20,639 nt of DNA, taken from positions 1 through 20,639 of IMG/VR virus record IMGVR_UViG_2713896773_000003. One strand, 5' to 3'. The translations under genes were made by a program, and so were the position numbers. A model generated the notes under the pieces. That model saw only the letters and a list, made by a program, of their open reading frames with translations. It did not search any database and had not been told where the DNA came from. Position 1 is the stretch's first letter; each line of letters begins with the position of its first letter. Source of the DNA: a virus (lineage: Duplodnaviria; Heunggongvirae; Uroviricota; Caudoviricetes). Positions 7,057-15,597 of the stretch are shown here, piece by piece.

Positions 7057-7695
7057 ATGGTGAACGAAGACGAGCGCAGGCCACTTCCACCAGTTAATTT
7101 CATTGGCCCTGATAACTGGCAGCCCTACACCAGATTGATTCCCGCCAATGAAGTGCATGACTGGATAAGCCATCAAATCCTCAGCGATAGCGGAAGCATC
7201 CATAACCCAGACCACGCCCATTTAATGGAAGCTGATTTGTGTTTTATGTGGGCTTCTGACTCATTCGCGAAGAAAGGGCGCTACGTTCTCGGACAGGCCG
7301 AACAGGTAATGCTCCGCGCAGGTGGTTGGCAGAAAGCCAGAATGGAACAGCAGATGTATGAATGGTTCGGGCGCATCCCGAAGTTCATCATCACGCTGGC
7401 AGCCGACTACTGCTCACAATGCAGCGACCTTGAATTCTGCGCCCTGGTAGAGCATGAGCTTTACCACATTGCCCAGGCCACCGATGATTTCGGCGCACCT
7501 AAGTTCAACAAAGAGACCGGGCAGCCAGTTCTCACATTGCGCGGCCACGACGTCGAAGAATTTGTCGGTGTTGTGCGTAGATACGGGGCGAGCACTGAAG
7601 TGCAAGAACTGGTGGACGCAGCCAATCAACCTGCAGAGGTGGCAAAACTTAACATCGCCAGAGCGTGCGGGACGTGCATGCTGAGACTGGCGTGA
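7057..7695 (+). CDS. Putative phage metallopeptidase-domain protein (HExxH motif HELYH, SprT-like or phage metallopeptidase-like)
   Basis: CAGGA RBS 7 nt upstream; coupled to the previous gene. Motif CALVEHELYHIAQATDDFG with Glu about 20 residues after, plus cysteine pairs CSQCSDLEFC and CGTC. Family identity is from memory. Confidence 0.6.
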   Translation: MVNEDERRPLPPVNFIGPDNWQPYTRLIPANEVHDWISHQILSDSGSIHNPDHAHLMEADLCFMWASDSFAKKGRYVLGQAEQVMLRAGGWQKARMEQQMYEWFGRIPKFIITLAADYCSQCSDLEFCALVEHELYHIAQATDDFGAPKFNKETGQPVLTLRGHDVEEFVGVVRRYGASTEVQELVDAANQPAEVAKLNIARACGTCMLRLA

Positions 7696-7726
7696 ATTTT
7701 TGACTGATTATGACAGGCGGTAAGCG

Positions 7727-8215
7727 ATGGCTGCATTAAAGGGAGAGGTGAAAGCGTTTATCGTTCAATCGCTTGCATGCTTCGACACGCCGTCGCAAGT
7801 GGTCGATGCCGTCAAAAAAGAATTTGGCATCACGATCCCCCGTCAGCAGGTTGAATCTCACGACCCGACGAAAGCAAACGGCAAAGGTCTGGCGAAAAAA
7901 TGGGTCGAGATGTTCAACGAAACCCGCGAGCGCTTCCAGACGGAAATTGCAGAAATCCCGATCGCTAATAAGGCTTATCGGCTTCGCGTACTGCAACGAA
8001 TGTCTGTGACCGCAGAGAACATGAAAAACCTCGGCATGACAGCTCAGCTTCTCGAACAGGCAGCAAAAGAAGTTGGGGATGTCTACACCAACAAACAGAA
8101 GGTTGAGCAAAGCGTTGTTGCCACCCATAACGTTATGCCGGTCCCGTCCTGCGATAACGTCGACGACTGGGAAGCAGCAGCACAGAAACAGCAGAGCGAG
8201 GTTCTTGGTGGATGA
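7727..8215 (+). CDS. Putative terminase small subunit
   Basis: A 162-aa gene immediately upstream of, and overlapping (ATGA), the terminase large subunit. The N-terminus MAALKGEVKAFIVQSLACFDTPSQVV resembles small-subunit proteins of enterobacterial phages as I recall them. Assignment is mainly positional. Confidence 0.65.
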   Translation: MAALKGEVKAFIVQSLACFDTPSQVVDAVKKEFGITIPRQQVESHDPTKANGKGLAKKWVEMFNETRERFQTEIAEIPIANKAYRLRVLQRMSVTAENMKNLGMTAQLLEQAAKEVGDVYTNKQKVEQSVVATHNVMPVPSCDNVDDWEAAAQKQQSEVLGG

Positions 8216-9783
8216 ATTACAAAGCCGTCTGGAAACCTTTGCCGGGATCGCAATCGCTCTCCCTGAGTTGCCCGTGTAACGAAATCCTCTACGAAGGTAC
8301 GCGAGGCCCCGGTAAAACCGCCGCGCAACTGGCGCGCTTTCGTCGCCTGGTTGGTCTGGGCTATGGCTCGTTCTGGCGTGGCGTCATTTTCGATACCGAG
8401 TATAAGAACCTCACCGATATCATTACCCAGTCAAAGCGCATGTATCGCCTGTTTAACGACGGCGCACGCTATCTGGCGTCAGCATCTGAACTGCGCTGGG
8501 TGTGGCCGACTGGAGAGGAGCTGCTGTTCCGCTTCGGGAAAGAAGAGGGTGACTACTGGGACTATCACGGCCAGGAGTTTCCGTTCATCGGCTTTAACGA
8601 GCTGACCAAGCAGCAGTCCCCTGAATTCTACGAGATGATGTTCTCTTGCCGGCGCTCCTCGTTCCGGCCTGAGAATTACCCGCTGGGTGACGGTTCGTTA
8701 CTTAAGCCTATTCCCCTGGAGACGTTCAGCACCACTAACCCGTTTGGCATCGGCCACACCTGGGTGAAGAAACGCTTCATCGAGCCAGCGCCCCGCGGCA
8801 CCATCATTCGTGAAACGCAGCAGGTGTTTAACCCGCAAACTGAGCGCGAAGAGGATGTGACGCTGACGCGCGTGGCTATTCACGGCTCGTTCAAAGAGAA
8901 CCCGTATCTGGATCCCCAGTACATCGCAACGCTGATGGCCATCAAAGACCCGAACCGCCGCAAAGCTTGGGTAGAGGGCTCCTGGGATGTCACCAGCGGT
9001 GGGCGCTTTGACCACCTGTGGAATGCATCGCTGCACGTCATTAAGCCGTTCCGCATCCCGGATAGCTGGACGGTTGACCGTTCCCATGACTGGGGTGAGT
9101 CGAAGCCGTTCTCTAACCTCTGGTGGGCGCGAGCCGACGGTACTGCCGCAGAACTGCCTGATGGTCGCCAGTTCTGCCCGCCTGCCGGGTCGCTGATCCT
9201 GATTGGCGAGTGGTATGGCTGTCCACCTGACGAGCTGAACAAAGGGCTCAATATGAGCTCGACAAACGTCGCCAAGGGTGTGGCCTGGATTGATAAGCGG
9301 CTGATGGGCGAAGAGCTGCCTGAACCTGAAGAGATAAAACTCAATGGGATAACTCAGGGGCAACTGAACATCATGCCCGGTATCTGCAAAAAGGTTGTGC
9401 CGGGCCCAGCTGACGGTGCCATCTACAACACTGGCGATGACGAGCTCTCTATTGCCCAGAAGATGGAATCGCAGGGCGTTAAGTGGGTTCCATCCAACAA
9501 GAAACCGGGATCGCGCGTAAACGGAGCGGCCCTCTTTGCTGACATGCTGGAGGCCGTCCTTGAGGGTAAGAAGCTGGAATCTGGTGTACCTGAGAAACCA
9601 GCATTCTACGTCTTCGACTATTGCCGCGGCTGGATAAGCCGTGTTCCGGTGCTCGTTCGCGACAGTAAGAACCCTGATGACGTAGACACTCAGCAGGAAG
9701 ATCACGACTGGGATGGCACTAGATATGCCGTCCTGCATTCACCGCCGAAGAAAGTCGGCAAAGTCACCAACCTACGGATCTAA
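8212..9783 (+). CDS. Terminase large subunit (ATPase plus nuclease)
   Basis: Walker A-like YEGTRGPGKT near the N-terminus, 523 aa, directly upstream of the portal gene. The first about 25 residues (SQSLSLSCPC) are low-complexity, so the true start could be an internal non-ATG codon. The 346-aa antisense ORF 8698..9738 is rejected. Confidence 0.9.
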   Translation: MNYKAVWKPLPGSQSLSLSCPCNEILYEGTRGPGKTAAQLARFRRLVGLGYGSFWRGVIFDTEYKNLTDIITQSKRMYRLFNDGARYLASASELRWVWPTGEELLFRFGKEEGDYWDYHGQEFPFIGFNELTKQQSPEFYEMMFSCRRSSFRPENYPLGDGSLLKPIPLETFSTTNPFGIGHTWVKKRFIEPAPRGTIIRETQQVFNPQTEREEDVTLTRVAIHGSFKENPYLDPQYIATLMAIKDPNRRKAWVEGSWDVTSGGRFDHLWNASLHVIKPFRIPDSWTVDRSHDWGESKPFSNLWWARADGTAAELPDGRQFCPPAGSLILIGEWYGCPPDELNKGLNMSSTNVAKGVAWIDKRLMGEELPEPEEIKLNGITQGQLNIMPGICKKVVPGPADGAIYNTGDDELSIAQKMESQGVKWVPSNKKPGSRVNGAALFADMLEAVLEGKKLESGVPEKPAFYVFDYCRGWISRVPVLVRDSKNPDDVDTQQEDHDWDGTRYAVLHSPPKKVGKVTNLRI

Positions 9784-9787
9784 TCCC

Positions 9788-11191
9788 ATGCCTGATATTT
9801 CAACCCCAAATCTGGACTATGGGAACATGGTCGAGGCGTGGGATATCAACGATGCCCTGATGGGCGGCACGCTCTATATGCGACAGCTGGGCGAGCAATA
9901 TCTACCGCGCTGGCCGAAAGAAGACAAAGAGGACTACAAAAAACGCCTCGCCGTGGCCACGCTTCTGCCAGCCTACGAAGAGACCATTAAGCAAAACATC
10001 GGGCGTGTATTCGCCGAGCCCATTAAGCTTGCCGAGAATGTGCCTGATGAGCTGCGAGAGTATGCGAAAAACTTCGACCTTGAGGGGACGCGCCTGGACG
10101 TATGGGCGCAGGCATTCTTCGGTCTGGCGATGCAGTATGGACTCTCCCACGCGCTGGTGGATTATCCCAGGGTGGACACCGAAAAGGTGAAAACCAAAGC
10201 GGAAGAGAAAGCTACTGGCGCGCGCCCATACGTCACCATGCTCAATCCCCGGCAGGTGATCGGATGGAAGTCGAAAATGGTAGACGGCAAAGTGGTGCTG
10301 ACCGAGCTGCGTATCAAAGAGGTAGTTATCGAGGACGGCGACGACTTCGGGCAGACAAAGGTCGAGCAAATTCGTTATCTGACACCTGGAATGGTGCAAA
10401 TCTACCGCAAGTCGAAAGGTATCGATGGGGCGGCGAACTGGGAGAAGTTCGACGAATGGACAACATCTCGTAAGGACATAACACTGGTGACGCTCTACAC
10501 CAAGCGCACCGGGTTTATGTGTGGTTCACCTCCACTGCTCAATATGGCTCTGCTGAACATCAAGCACTGGCAGAGTCAAAGCGAGCAGGACAACATCCTG
10601 CATGTCGCCAGGGTGCCGTTGCTCACGGTGTTCGGTTTGGAAGAGGGGCAAGAGCTGATAATTGGCTCGTCTTCAGCTACGTCGTTCACTGATCGGCAAA
10701 AGCAGGGTCTGGAGTACGTCGAGCATACAGGCTCCTCCATCGGTGCTGGTAAAGAGTCGCTGGCAGAACTTGTGGAGCAGATGCGCCAGGCTGGTGCGAA
10801 GCTGCTTCGTACGGAAAACACCTCTACCAAATCGGTAGACCAGACCTCTGAAGAGAAAATGCAGGAGCAGTCACCGCTCTACACCATGGCTACCAGCCTT
10901 GAAGATGCGATCGACAACATTCTGCAAATCATGGCCGAGTACATCGGCGAGAAAGATGGTGGCAACGTTGATGTTCGCACTGAGCTGGATGTCGAATCGA
11001 CCGTATTCAATCCGTCCGCCGCGCTTGCCATCCAGGCACTGCGCCAGGGTGGTGATATCCGTCGAGCTGATGCGATTAAATCGCTACAGAAGTTGAACAT
11101 TATTGATGCCGATGCGGATCCTGATGTGGTTCTGAGCGAACTGCTGGCTGAGTCCGCATCGCTGAGTGACCCGCCGCCGGACGAGGTGTGA
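9788..11191 (+). CDS. Portal protein
   Basis: Track ORF 9713..11191. ATG 9788 lies 5 nt after the terminase stop and is preferred over 9713, which would overlap the terminase by about 70 nt. The 467-aa size and position between terminase and head morphogenesis gene are typical of a portal. Confidence 0.8.
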   Translation: MPDISTPNLDYGNMVEAWDINDALMGGTLYMRQLGEQYLPRWPKEDKEDYKKRLAVATLLPAYEETIKQNIGRVFAEPIKLAENVPDELREYAKNFDLEGTRLDVWAQAFFGLAMQYGLSHALVDYPRVDTEKVKTKAEEKATGARPYVTMLNPRQVIGWKSKMVDGKVVLTELRIKEVVIEDGDDFGQTKVEQIRYLTPGMVQIYRKSKGIDGAANWEKFDEWTTSRKDITLVTLYTKRTGFMCGSPPLLNMALLNIKHWQSQSEQDNILHVARVPLLTVFGLEEGQELIIGSSSATSFTDRQKQGLEYVEHTGSSIGAGKESLAELVEQMRQAGAKLLRTENTSTKSVDQTSEEKMQEQSPLYTMATSLEDAIDNILQIMAEYIGEKDGGNVDVRTELDVESTVFNPSAALAIQALRQGGDIRRADAIKSLQKLNIIDADADPDVVLSELLAESASLSDPPPDEV

Positions 11192-11192
11192 T

Positions 11193-12296
11193 ATGGCCCG
11201 CTCAGTTAACGACCGCCTGCAGGACGAAACGATAGCGCACGGCCTGTATGTAAACCGCTACGGTACTGGCGTCGCTCGTCGGATGGTGGCGCTGCTCAGC
11301 AAGATGGATGCTGACCTGGCTGCCAAACTGCTGGTGCTGCTGGATGGTAAGCGTGCCGATACCTACAGCGCTCGCCGCCTGGCTTCGCTGCTGGCTGGTG
11401 TGCGCGACCTGAATCAACAGGCCTATGAACCGGTGAATGCTGCGCTGGCACGTGAACTGACGCGCTACGTTGAATATGAGGTCGGTTATCAGTTTGACCT
11501 TTTTATCAGCATCATTCCGAAGCAGATCCTCAGGCATGTACCGCTCCAGAGCATCGCGCCTGAGCAGGTTTACGCCTCAGCAGTGACTCAGCCATTCCAG
11601 GGGCGCTTGCTGAAGGAGTGGGGCCAGAAGCTTGAAACGGATCGGCTGGATAAAATCACCAACGCTGTGCGCACCGGTTTCCTTCAGGGTGAAACGGTAG
11701 ATCAGATCGTTAAACGCGTTGCCGGAACGCCGAAACTCAATCGTGAAGATGGGGTGATTAACGCCTCCCGTCGCGACCTGGCGGTGGTGGCCCGCACGGC
11801 TGTAAATCACATGGCCGCTACTGCGCGTCAGGAGTTCGCACAGGGCAACAGCGATATCGTAAAGGCCAAACAGTGGTCCTCAACGCTGGACACTCATACC
11901 AGCCAGTGGTGCATTATCCGCGACCGAAAGCTTTACACGCTCGACGGCAAGCCGCTGGGGCATGAAATTCCGTATCTGCGCGGACCCGGCAAAATCCACT
12001 TTTGCTGCCGCTCCGGTGAAATCCTGATTACCAAATCGTGGGAAGAGATGCAGATAGCCTCTGGCGAACTGAGCAGCGCCACACGCGCTTCGATGGATGG
12101 ACAGGTGCCATCGCATACCAGCTATGCCGAATGGCTCGTCAGGCAACCGTACGCACGGCAGGAGCAGGTGCTGGGCGTTACTCGCGCGCGGATGCTGCGT
12201 GACGGCAAAATCACCGTGCCGGAGATGTTCAACGATGCCGGGGAGTTCCTGACCCTGGACGAACTGCGCCGCGTGGATGCATCGGCTTTTGAATAA
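11193..12296 (+). CDS. Head morphogenesis protein (phage Mu F-like or SPP1 gp7-like minor head protein)
   Basis: Track ORF 11166..12296. ATG 11193 has GAGGTG upstream and starts 2 nt after the portal stop. Position directly after the portal and the about 370-aa size fit the MuF-like family. Confidence 0.7.
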   Translation: MARSVNDRLQDETIAHGLYVNRYGTGVARRMVALLSKMDADLAAKLLVLLDGKRADTYSARRLASLLAGVRDLNQQAYEPVNAALARELTRYVEYEVGYQFDLFISIIPKQILRHVPLQSIAPEQVYASAVTQPFQGRLLKEWGQKLETDRLDKITNAVRTGFLQGETVDQIVKRVAGTPKLNREDGVINASRRDLAVVARTAVNHMAATARQEFAQGNSDIVKAKQWSSTLDTHTSQWCIIRDRKLYTLDGKPLGHEIPYLRGPGKIHFCCRSGEILITKSWEEMQIASGELSSATRASMDGQVPSHTSYAEWLVRQPYARQEQVLGVTRARMLRDGKITVPEMFNDAGEFLTLDELRRVDASAFE

Positions 12297-12316
12297 CTGA
12301 ATAAGGTAATAAAACA

Positions 12317-12781
12317 ATGACTCAACATATTGGCGTGAAGCTCATCAATGCTTACCCGATGACCCGTCTGGCATATAACGACTTTCGTGGTTGGGAGTTA
12401 CCAAGTGACGAAAACGGAAGTGATGAAGGTTATCTCGTCGAGTATCTGGATGGCGGAAAGCCAAACACCGATCGCTTCAACGGGTATGTGAGCTGGAGTC
12501 CGAAAGATGTGTTCGACAAAGCCTACCGACCAGTGGCGGGGCTTAGCTTCGGACTGGCTGTCGAAGCCCTGAAATCAGGCAAGCGTGTCACCCGCGCAGG
12601 CTGGAACGGCAAGGGCCTGTGGCTTGAGCTGGTCCAGCAGTCGCCATCTGTGGACCTGCCGTACATTCGTTTAATTTATCCTGTGCCGGGCAATGGTGCT
12701 ATGCCATACCCAAATGGCGCTCGCGTGCCTTGGGCACCAAGCCAAACCGACGTCTTGGCTGATGACTGGCAAATTCTCTAA
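12317..12781 (+). CDS. Two-domain accessory protein; C-terminal half DUF2829-like (the family of Thoeris anti-defence Tad2), N-terminal half a possible degenerate duplicate
   Basis: C-terminal motifs LAVEALKSGKRVTRAGWNGKGLWLEL and VPWAPSQTDVLADDWQIL match my recollection of the DUF2829 signature. N-terminal segment GYVSWSPKDVFDKAY echoes the C-terminal W-P-x-D-V-L-x-x-D-W element. Sits between head morphogenesis and scaffold genes, a classic moron site. Confidence 0.6.
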   Translation: MTQHIGVKLINAYPMTRLAYNDFRGWELPSDENGSDEGYLVEYLDGGKPNTDRFNGYVSWSPKDVFDKAYRPVAGLSFGLAVEALKSGKRVTRAGWNGKGLWLELVQQSPSVDLPYIRLIYPVPGNGAMPYPNGARVPWAPSQTDVLADDWQIL

Positions 12782-12804
12782 ACCAGTTGCTTGGGGGGTG
12801 GTCT

Positions 12805-13014
12805 ATGCGAGATGACGATTTTCACCATGTGGGCGATGGCCGCGGTAAGCGCCGAGTGTTCGTTAACGGCAACGAGGTCAAGCGCTGCGTATGGGCGGAT
12901 GTTAAGCGAGGAATAGCATGCTTCTACCCATACCCCATTCGGGTCCATAAGCGAAAGCGCGATGAAGTCTATACCCGCAAACTGCGCGGCGTAATAACCG
13001 TCGAATTTATCTAA
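12805..13014 (+). CDS. Hypothetical small basic protein (69 aa)
   Basis: Track ORF 12787..13014. ATG 12805 is preceded by a G-rich stretch (GGGGGGTGG). No motif recognised. Followed immediately by a terminator hairpin. Confidence 0.5.
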   Translation: MRDDDFHHVGDGRGKRRVFVNGNEVKRCVWADVKRGIACFYPYPIRVHKRKRDEVYTRKLRGVITVEFI

Positions 13015-13015
13015 C

Positions 13016-13041
13016 AGGCTGCCTTCGGGTGGCCTTTTTTA
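13016..13041 (+). terminator. Rho-independent terminator closing the accessory pair
   Basis: Stem AGGCTGCC (13016-13023) / GGTGGCCT (13028-13035): 8 bp including two G-U pairs, UUCG tetraloop, T-run 13035-13040. Confidence 0.6.
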
Positions 13042-13121
13042 TGCCTGCCGCTGAGCGGATGCGACGCGGTGACCGGGTCGGATGACCTATTACCAATGGC
13101 CGGAAGGCTGGAGCAAAAACA

Positions 13122-13874
13122 ATGAAACTGAAACTTGATGCTAACGGAAATGTGGTCGTTGAAAACGGTATGCCTGTGTACATCCATGATGATGGCAAAG
13201 AAATCCCGTTCGACGCAGCCGCAGCGATGACCAAAATCACCTCCCTGAATGGTGAAGCTAAAACTCACCGTGAAGCGAAGGAGGCGGCGGAAGCCAGTCT
13301 CGCGAAATTCTCTGGCATCACCGATCCGACCAAGGCGCTCGAAGCCCTGGAGATGATGACCAAAATCGACCAGAAAAAACTGATCGACGCTGGCGCTGTT
13401 GACCAGGTTAAGGCTGAGATTACCAAGGTATTCCAGCAGCAGCTGGATGAAGCGAACGGCAAGACCAAACAGCTCGAAAGCCAGCTCTACGACGAGATGA
13501 TCGGCGGGCGCTTCGGTGGCTCCAAATTCATTTCAGAGAAGATGGCGATCCCGGCTGAGTTCGTGCGTTCCCACTTCGGTCAGAACTTCAAAATCGAAGA
13601 CGGCAAAGTCGTGGCGTACGACGGGCAGGGCAACAAGGTGTTCTCTCGCACCAAGCCAGGCGAGTTAGCCAGCTTTGATGAGGCCCTGGAGTCTCTGGTC
13701 GAGTCGCATCCGCAGAAAGATTACATCCTCAAAGCGTCCGGTAACAGCGGCGGCGGTTCTCACCAGTCGCAGCACCAGGCCGGGCAAAAAACCATGAAAC
13801 GCGATGCGTTTGATTCCCTGGATAACGCTGGCAAGCAAGCAGCGCTGAAAGACGGCGTCAGCATCGTCGATTAA
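13122..13874 (+). CDS. Putative scaffolding protein
   Basis: A 250-aa acidic, alpha-helical-looking protein (runs of A, E, K, Q) directly upstream of the major capsid gene; GGAG about 9 nt upstream of the ATG. Confidence 0.6.
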   Translation: MKLKLDANGNVVVENGMPVYIHDDGKEIPFDAAAAMTKITSLNGEAKTHREAKEAAEASLAKFSGITDPTKALEALEMMTKIDQKKLIDAGAVDQVKAEITKVFQQQLDEANGKTKQLESQLYDEMIGGRFGGSKFISEKMAIPAEFVRSHFGQNFKIEDGKVVAYDGQGNKVFSRTKPGELASFDEALESLVESHPQKDYILKASGNSGGGSHQSQHQAGQKTMKRDAFDSLDNAGKQAALKDGVSIVD

Positions 13875-13891
13875 ATCGAAAGGAGCCATAA

Positions 13892-15031
13892 ATGGCAGGC
13901 AATACCCTTACTGGTCTGATCCCGACCATCTATACCGCGCTGTACGTAGTGTCCCGCGAGCAAACTGGTTTTATTCCTGCGGTGGCGCGTGACGCGAAAG
14001 CGGATGCTGCTGCAAAAGACCAGACCGTACGTGCGCCAGTCGCACCTGCAGCCACCACTGAAGATATTGTCCCTGGACCTTCAGCGCCTAATTCTGGCGA
14101 CCAGACCATCGGTGGTGTGGATGTCAAAATCACCAAATCCAAAATGGCCCCGGTGAAATGGAATGGTGAAGAGCAATTGGCTCTGGGCCCGGCTGGTACC
14201 TACAACACCATCCTGGCTGACCAGTTCAAGCAGGCTTTCCGTGCGCTGGCGAACGAAGTGGATGCGGATCTCGCTGCGCTGTACCTCAACTCCTCCCGCG
14301 CTGTTGGCGCGCCAAAGAATACCCCGTTCAGCATCAAAGACGATCTGACTGATGCTGCGTTGGCGCGTCAAATCCTGACCGATAACGGTGCGCCGACTAC
14401 TGATTTGCGTATGGTGCTGGGTGGCGAAGCGATGGCATCCATCCGTGGTAAACAGGCTGTACTCTTCAAAGCGAACGAAGCGGGAACCGACCAACTGCTG
14501 CGTGAAGGTGTTATCGGTCGCATCATGGGCTTCAACCTCCACGAATCCTTCAGCATCAAGCGTACCGCGAAAAGCGCTGCTGCTGGCTATAAGGTCAATG
14601 GCGCGAAGAAAGAGGGCGATATCATCATCGCTATCTCTGCTGGCACCGGCGGTATTGCTGCAGGTACTGCGGTGAAGTTCGCCGGTGATGACAATCAGTA
14701 TCTGGTCGTTGCGGCTACGTCTTCCACTATCACTATTAGCGCGCCGGGCCTCCGTCAGGATCTGGCAGACCAGGCTGATGTCACTGTGTTGAGCGAATTT
14801 GTACCGAACATGGCGTTTGACCGCGGGGCATTCCTGCTGGCCAGCCGTACCCCGGCGATGCCTGAAGGTGGCGATACTGCTGATGACGTCATGAATGTGA
14901 CCGACCCGGTATCTGGCATCACCTTCCAGGTGGCGCTGTACCGCCAGTACCGTCAGGTGCGTTATGAAGTGGGCCTGGCATGGGGTGTGGCTGCTGTGGC
15001 GCCACGTCATTCCGCCATCATCATGGGTTAA
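13892..15031 (+). CDS. Major capsid (coat) protein
   Basis: A 379-aa ORF with a strong RBS (AAAGGAG), immediately after the scaffold gene and followed by a terminator hairpin. Composition is typical of coat proteins. The 329-aa antisense ORF 14081..15070 is rejected. Confidence 0.8.
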   Translation: MAGNTLTGLIPTIYTALYVVSREQTGFIPAVARDAKADAAAKDQTVRAPVAPAATTEDIVPGPSAPNSGDQTIGGVDVKITKSKMAPVKWNGEEQLALGPAGTYNTILADQFKQAFRALANEVDADLAALYLNSSRAVGAPKNTPFSIKDDLTDAALARQILTDNGAPTTDLRMVLGGEAMASIRGKQAVLFKANEAGTDQLLREGVIGRIMGFNLHESFSIKRTAKSAAAGYKVNGAKKEGDIIIAISAGTGGIAAGTAVKFAGDDNQYLVVAATSSTITISAPGLRQDLADQADVTVLSEFVPNMAFDRGAFLLASRTPAMPEGGDTADDVMNVTDPVSGITFQVALYRQYRQVRYEVGLAWGVAAVAPRHSAIIMG

Positions 15032-15035
15032 CCCA

Positions 15036-15058
15036 GGGGGCTTCGGCCCCTTTGTTTT
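15036..15058 (+). terminator. Rho-independent terminator after the major capsid gene
   Basis: GC stem GGGGC (15037-15041) / GCCCC (15046-15050) around a UUCG tetraloop, followed by TTTGTTTT (15051-15058); probably partial, to enrich capsid transcript. Confidence 0.6.
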
Positions 15059-15069
15059 CAGGAGGCCCA

Positions 15070-15270
15070 ATGGCCGGATTAACCAAAGAGCAGAGCGCGC
15101 AGCGTGAGGCTGAAAAGCTTGCCGCGCAGAACGGCGCTGAACAAACAGGTATTGAGCTGGTGGCTATGATGCGAGATACCCCGGAGTTCCCCGGCGGTCC
15201 GCTGAGCGCTGAGGTTCACCCTGACGAAGTCGATAACTGGCTGGCGCTGGACTGGCGACTGGAGGAGTAA
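15070..15270 (+). CDS. Hypothetical small acidic protein (66 aa)
   Basis: Track ORF 14980..15270 overlaps the capsid gene. ATG 15070 has AGGAGG (15060-15065) upstream and lies just after the terminator. No motif recognised. Confidence 0.5.
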   Translation: MAGLTKEQSAQREAEKLAAQNGAEQTGIELVAMMRDTPEFPGGPLSAEVHPDEVDNWLALDWRLEE

Positions 15271-15272
15271 CT

Positions 15273-15584
15273 GTGAGCGATAAAGATATTGAGCAGGAAA
15301 TTCAGGCCAAAGGCTTGAACGCGCCGCGCGTTACGCTGGGCGAGTTGAAGGCGAATATTAAGCATGCCGAGATCGTGAAGCACGTATCCGTCACCGGGCA
15401 GGTGCTTCGCTGGGCGGTCATCACCACTCAAAACGGATTCGCAGTAACAGGGAATCCGTCGTGCTCAGTTTCCTCCGCTAACGACAACGCTGAAATTGGC
15501 GAGAAAATTGCTATTGAGAACGCCGAAAGCGAGTTGTGGGCGTTGATGGGATATGCGTTAAAGCAGAAGCTTTTCGAAGCCTGA
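15273..15584 (+). CDS. Gp49-like protein (phage N4 gp49 / Sf6 gp66 family, function unknown)
   Basis: GTG start with GGAGGAG (15261-15267) 5 nt upstream. Motif NGFAVTGNPSCSVSSANDNAEIGEKIAIENAESELWALMGYALKQKL fits my recollection of the family signature (G.SAC, NFD.EIG..IA..NA...W.LEGY.L). Confidence 0.55.
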   Translation: MSDKDIEQEIQAKGLNAPRVTLGELKANIKHAEIVKHVSVTGQVLRWAVITTQNGFAVTGNPSCSVSSANDNAEIGEKIAIENAESELWALMGYALKQKLFEA

Positions 15585-15597
15585 GAGGAGCTCTGAG

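Noticed and set aside
8698-9738. A 346-aa ORF on the minus strand
   Set aside because: Entirely antisense to the terminase large subunit, which has a Walker A motif and the expected operon context. Long antisense frames are common in GC-rich coding DNA. No RBS or motif support.
9713-9787. Upstream start for the portal gene giving a 70-nt overlap with the terminase
   Set aside because: The N-terminal extension (RRRKSAKSPTYGSN) lies within the terminase C-terminal coding region in another frame; ATG 9788 just after the terminase stop is more parsimonious, though not proven.
14081-15070. A 329-aa ORF on the minus strand
   Set aside because: Antisense to the major capsid gene; serine and arginine-rich low-complexity translation typical of a spurious GC-rich antisense frame.
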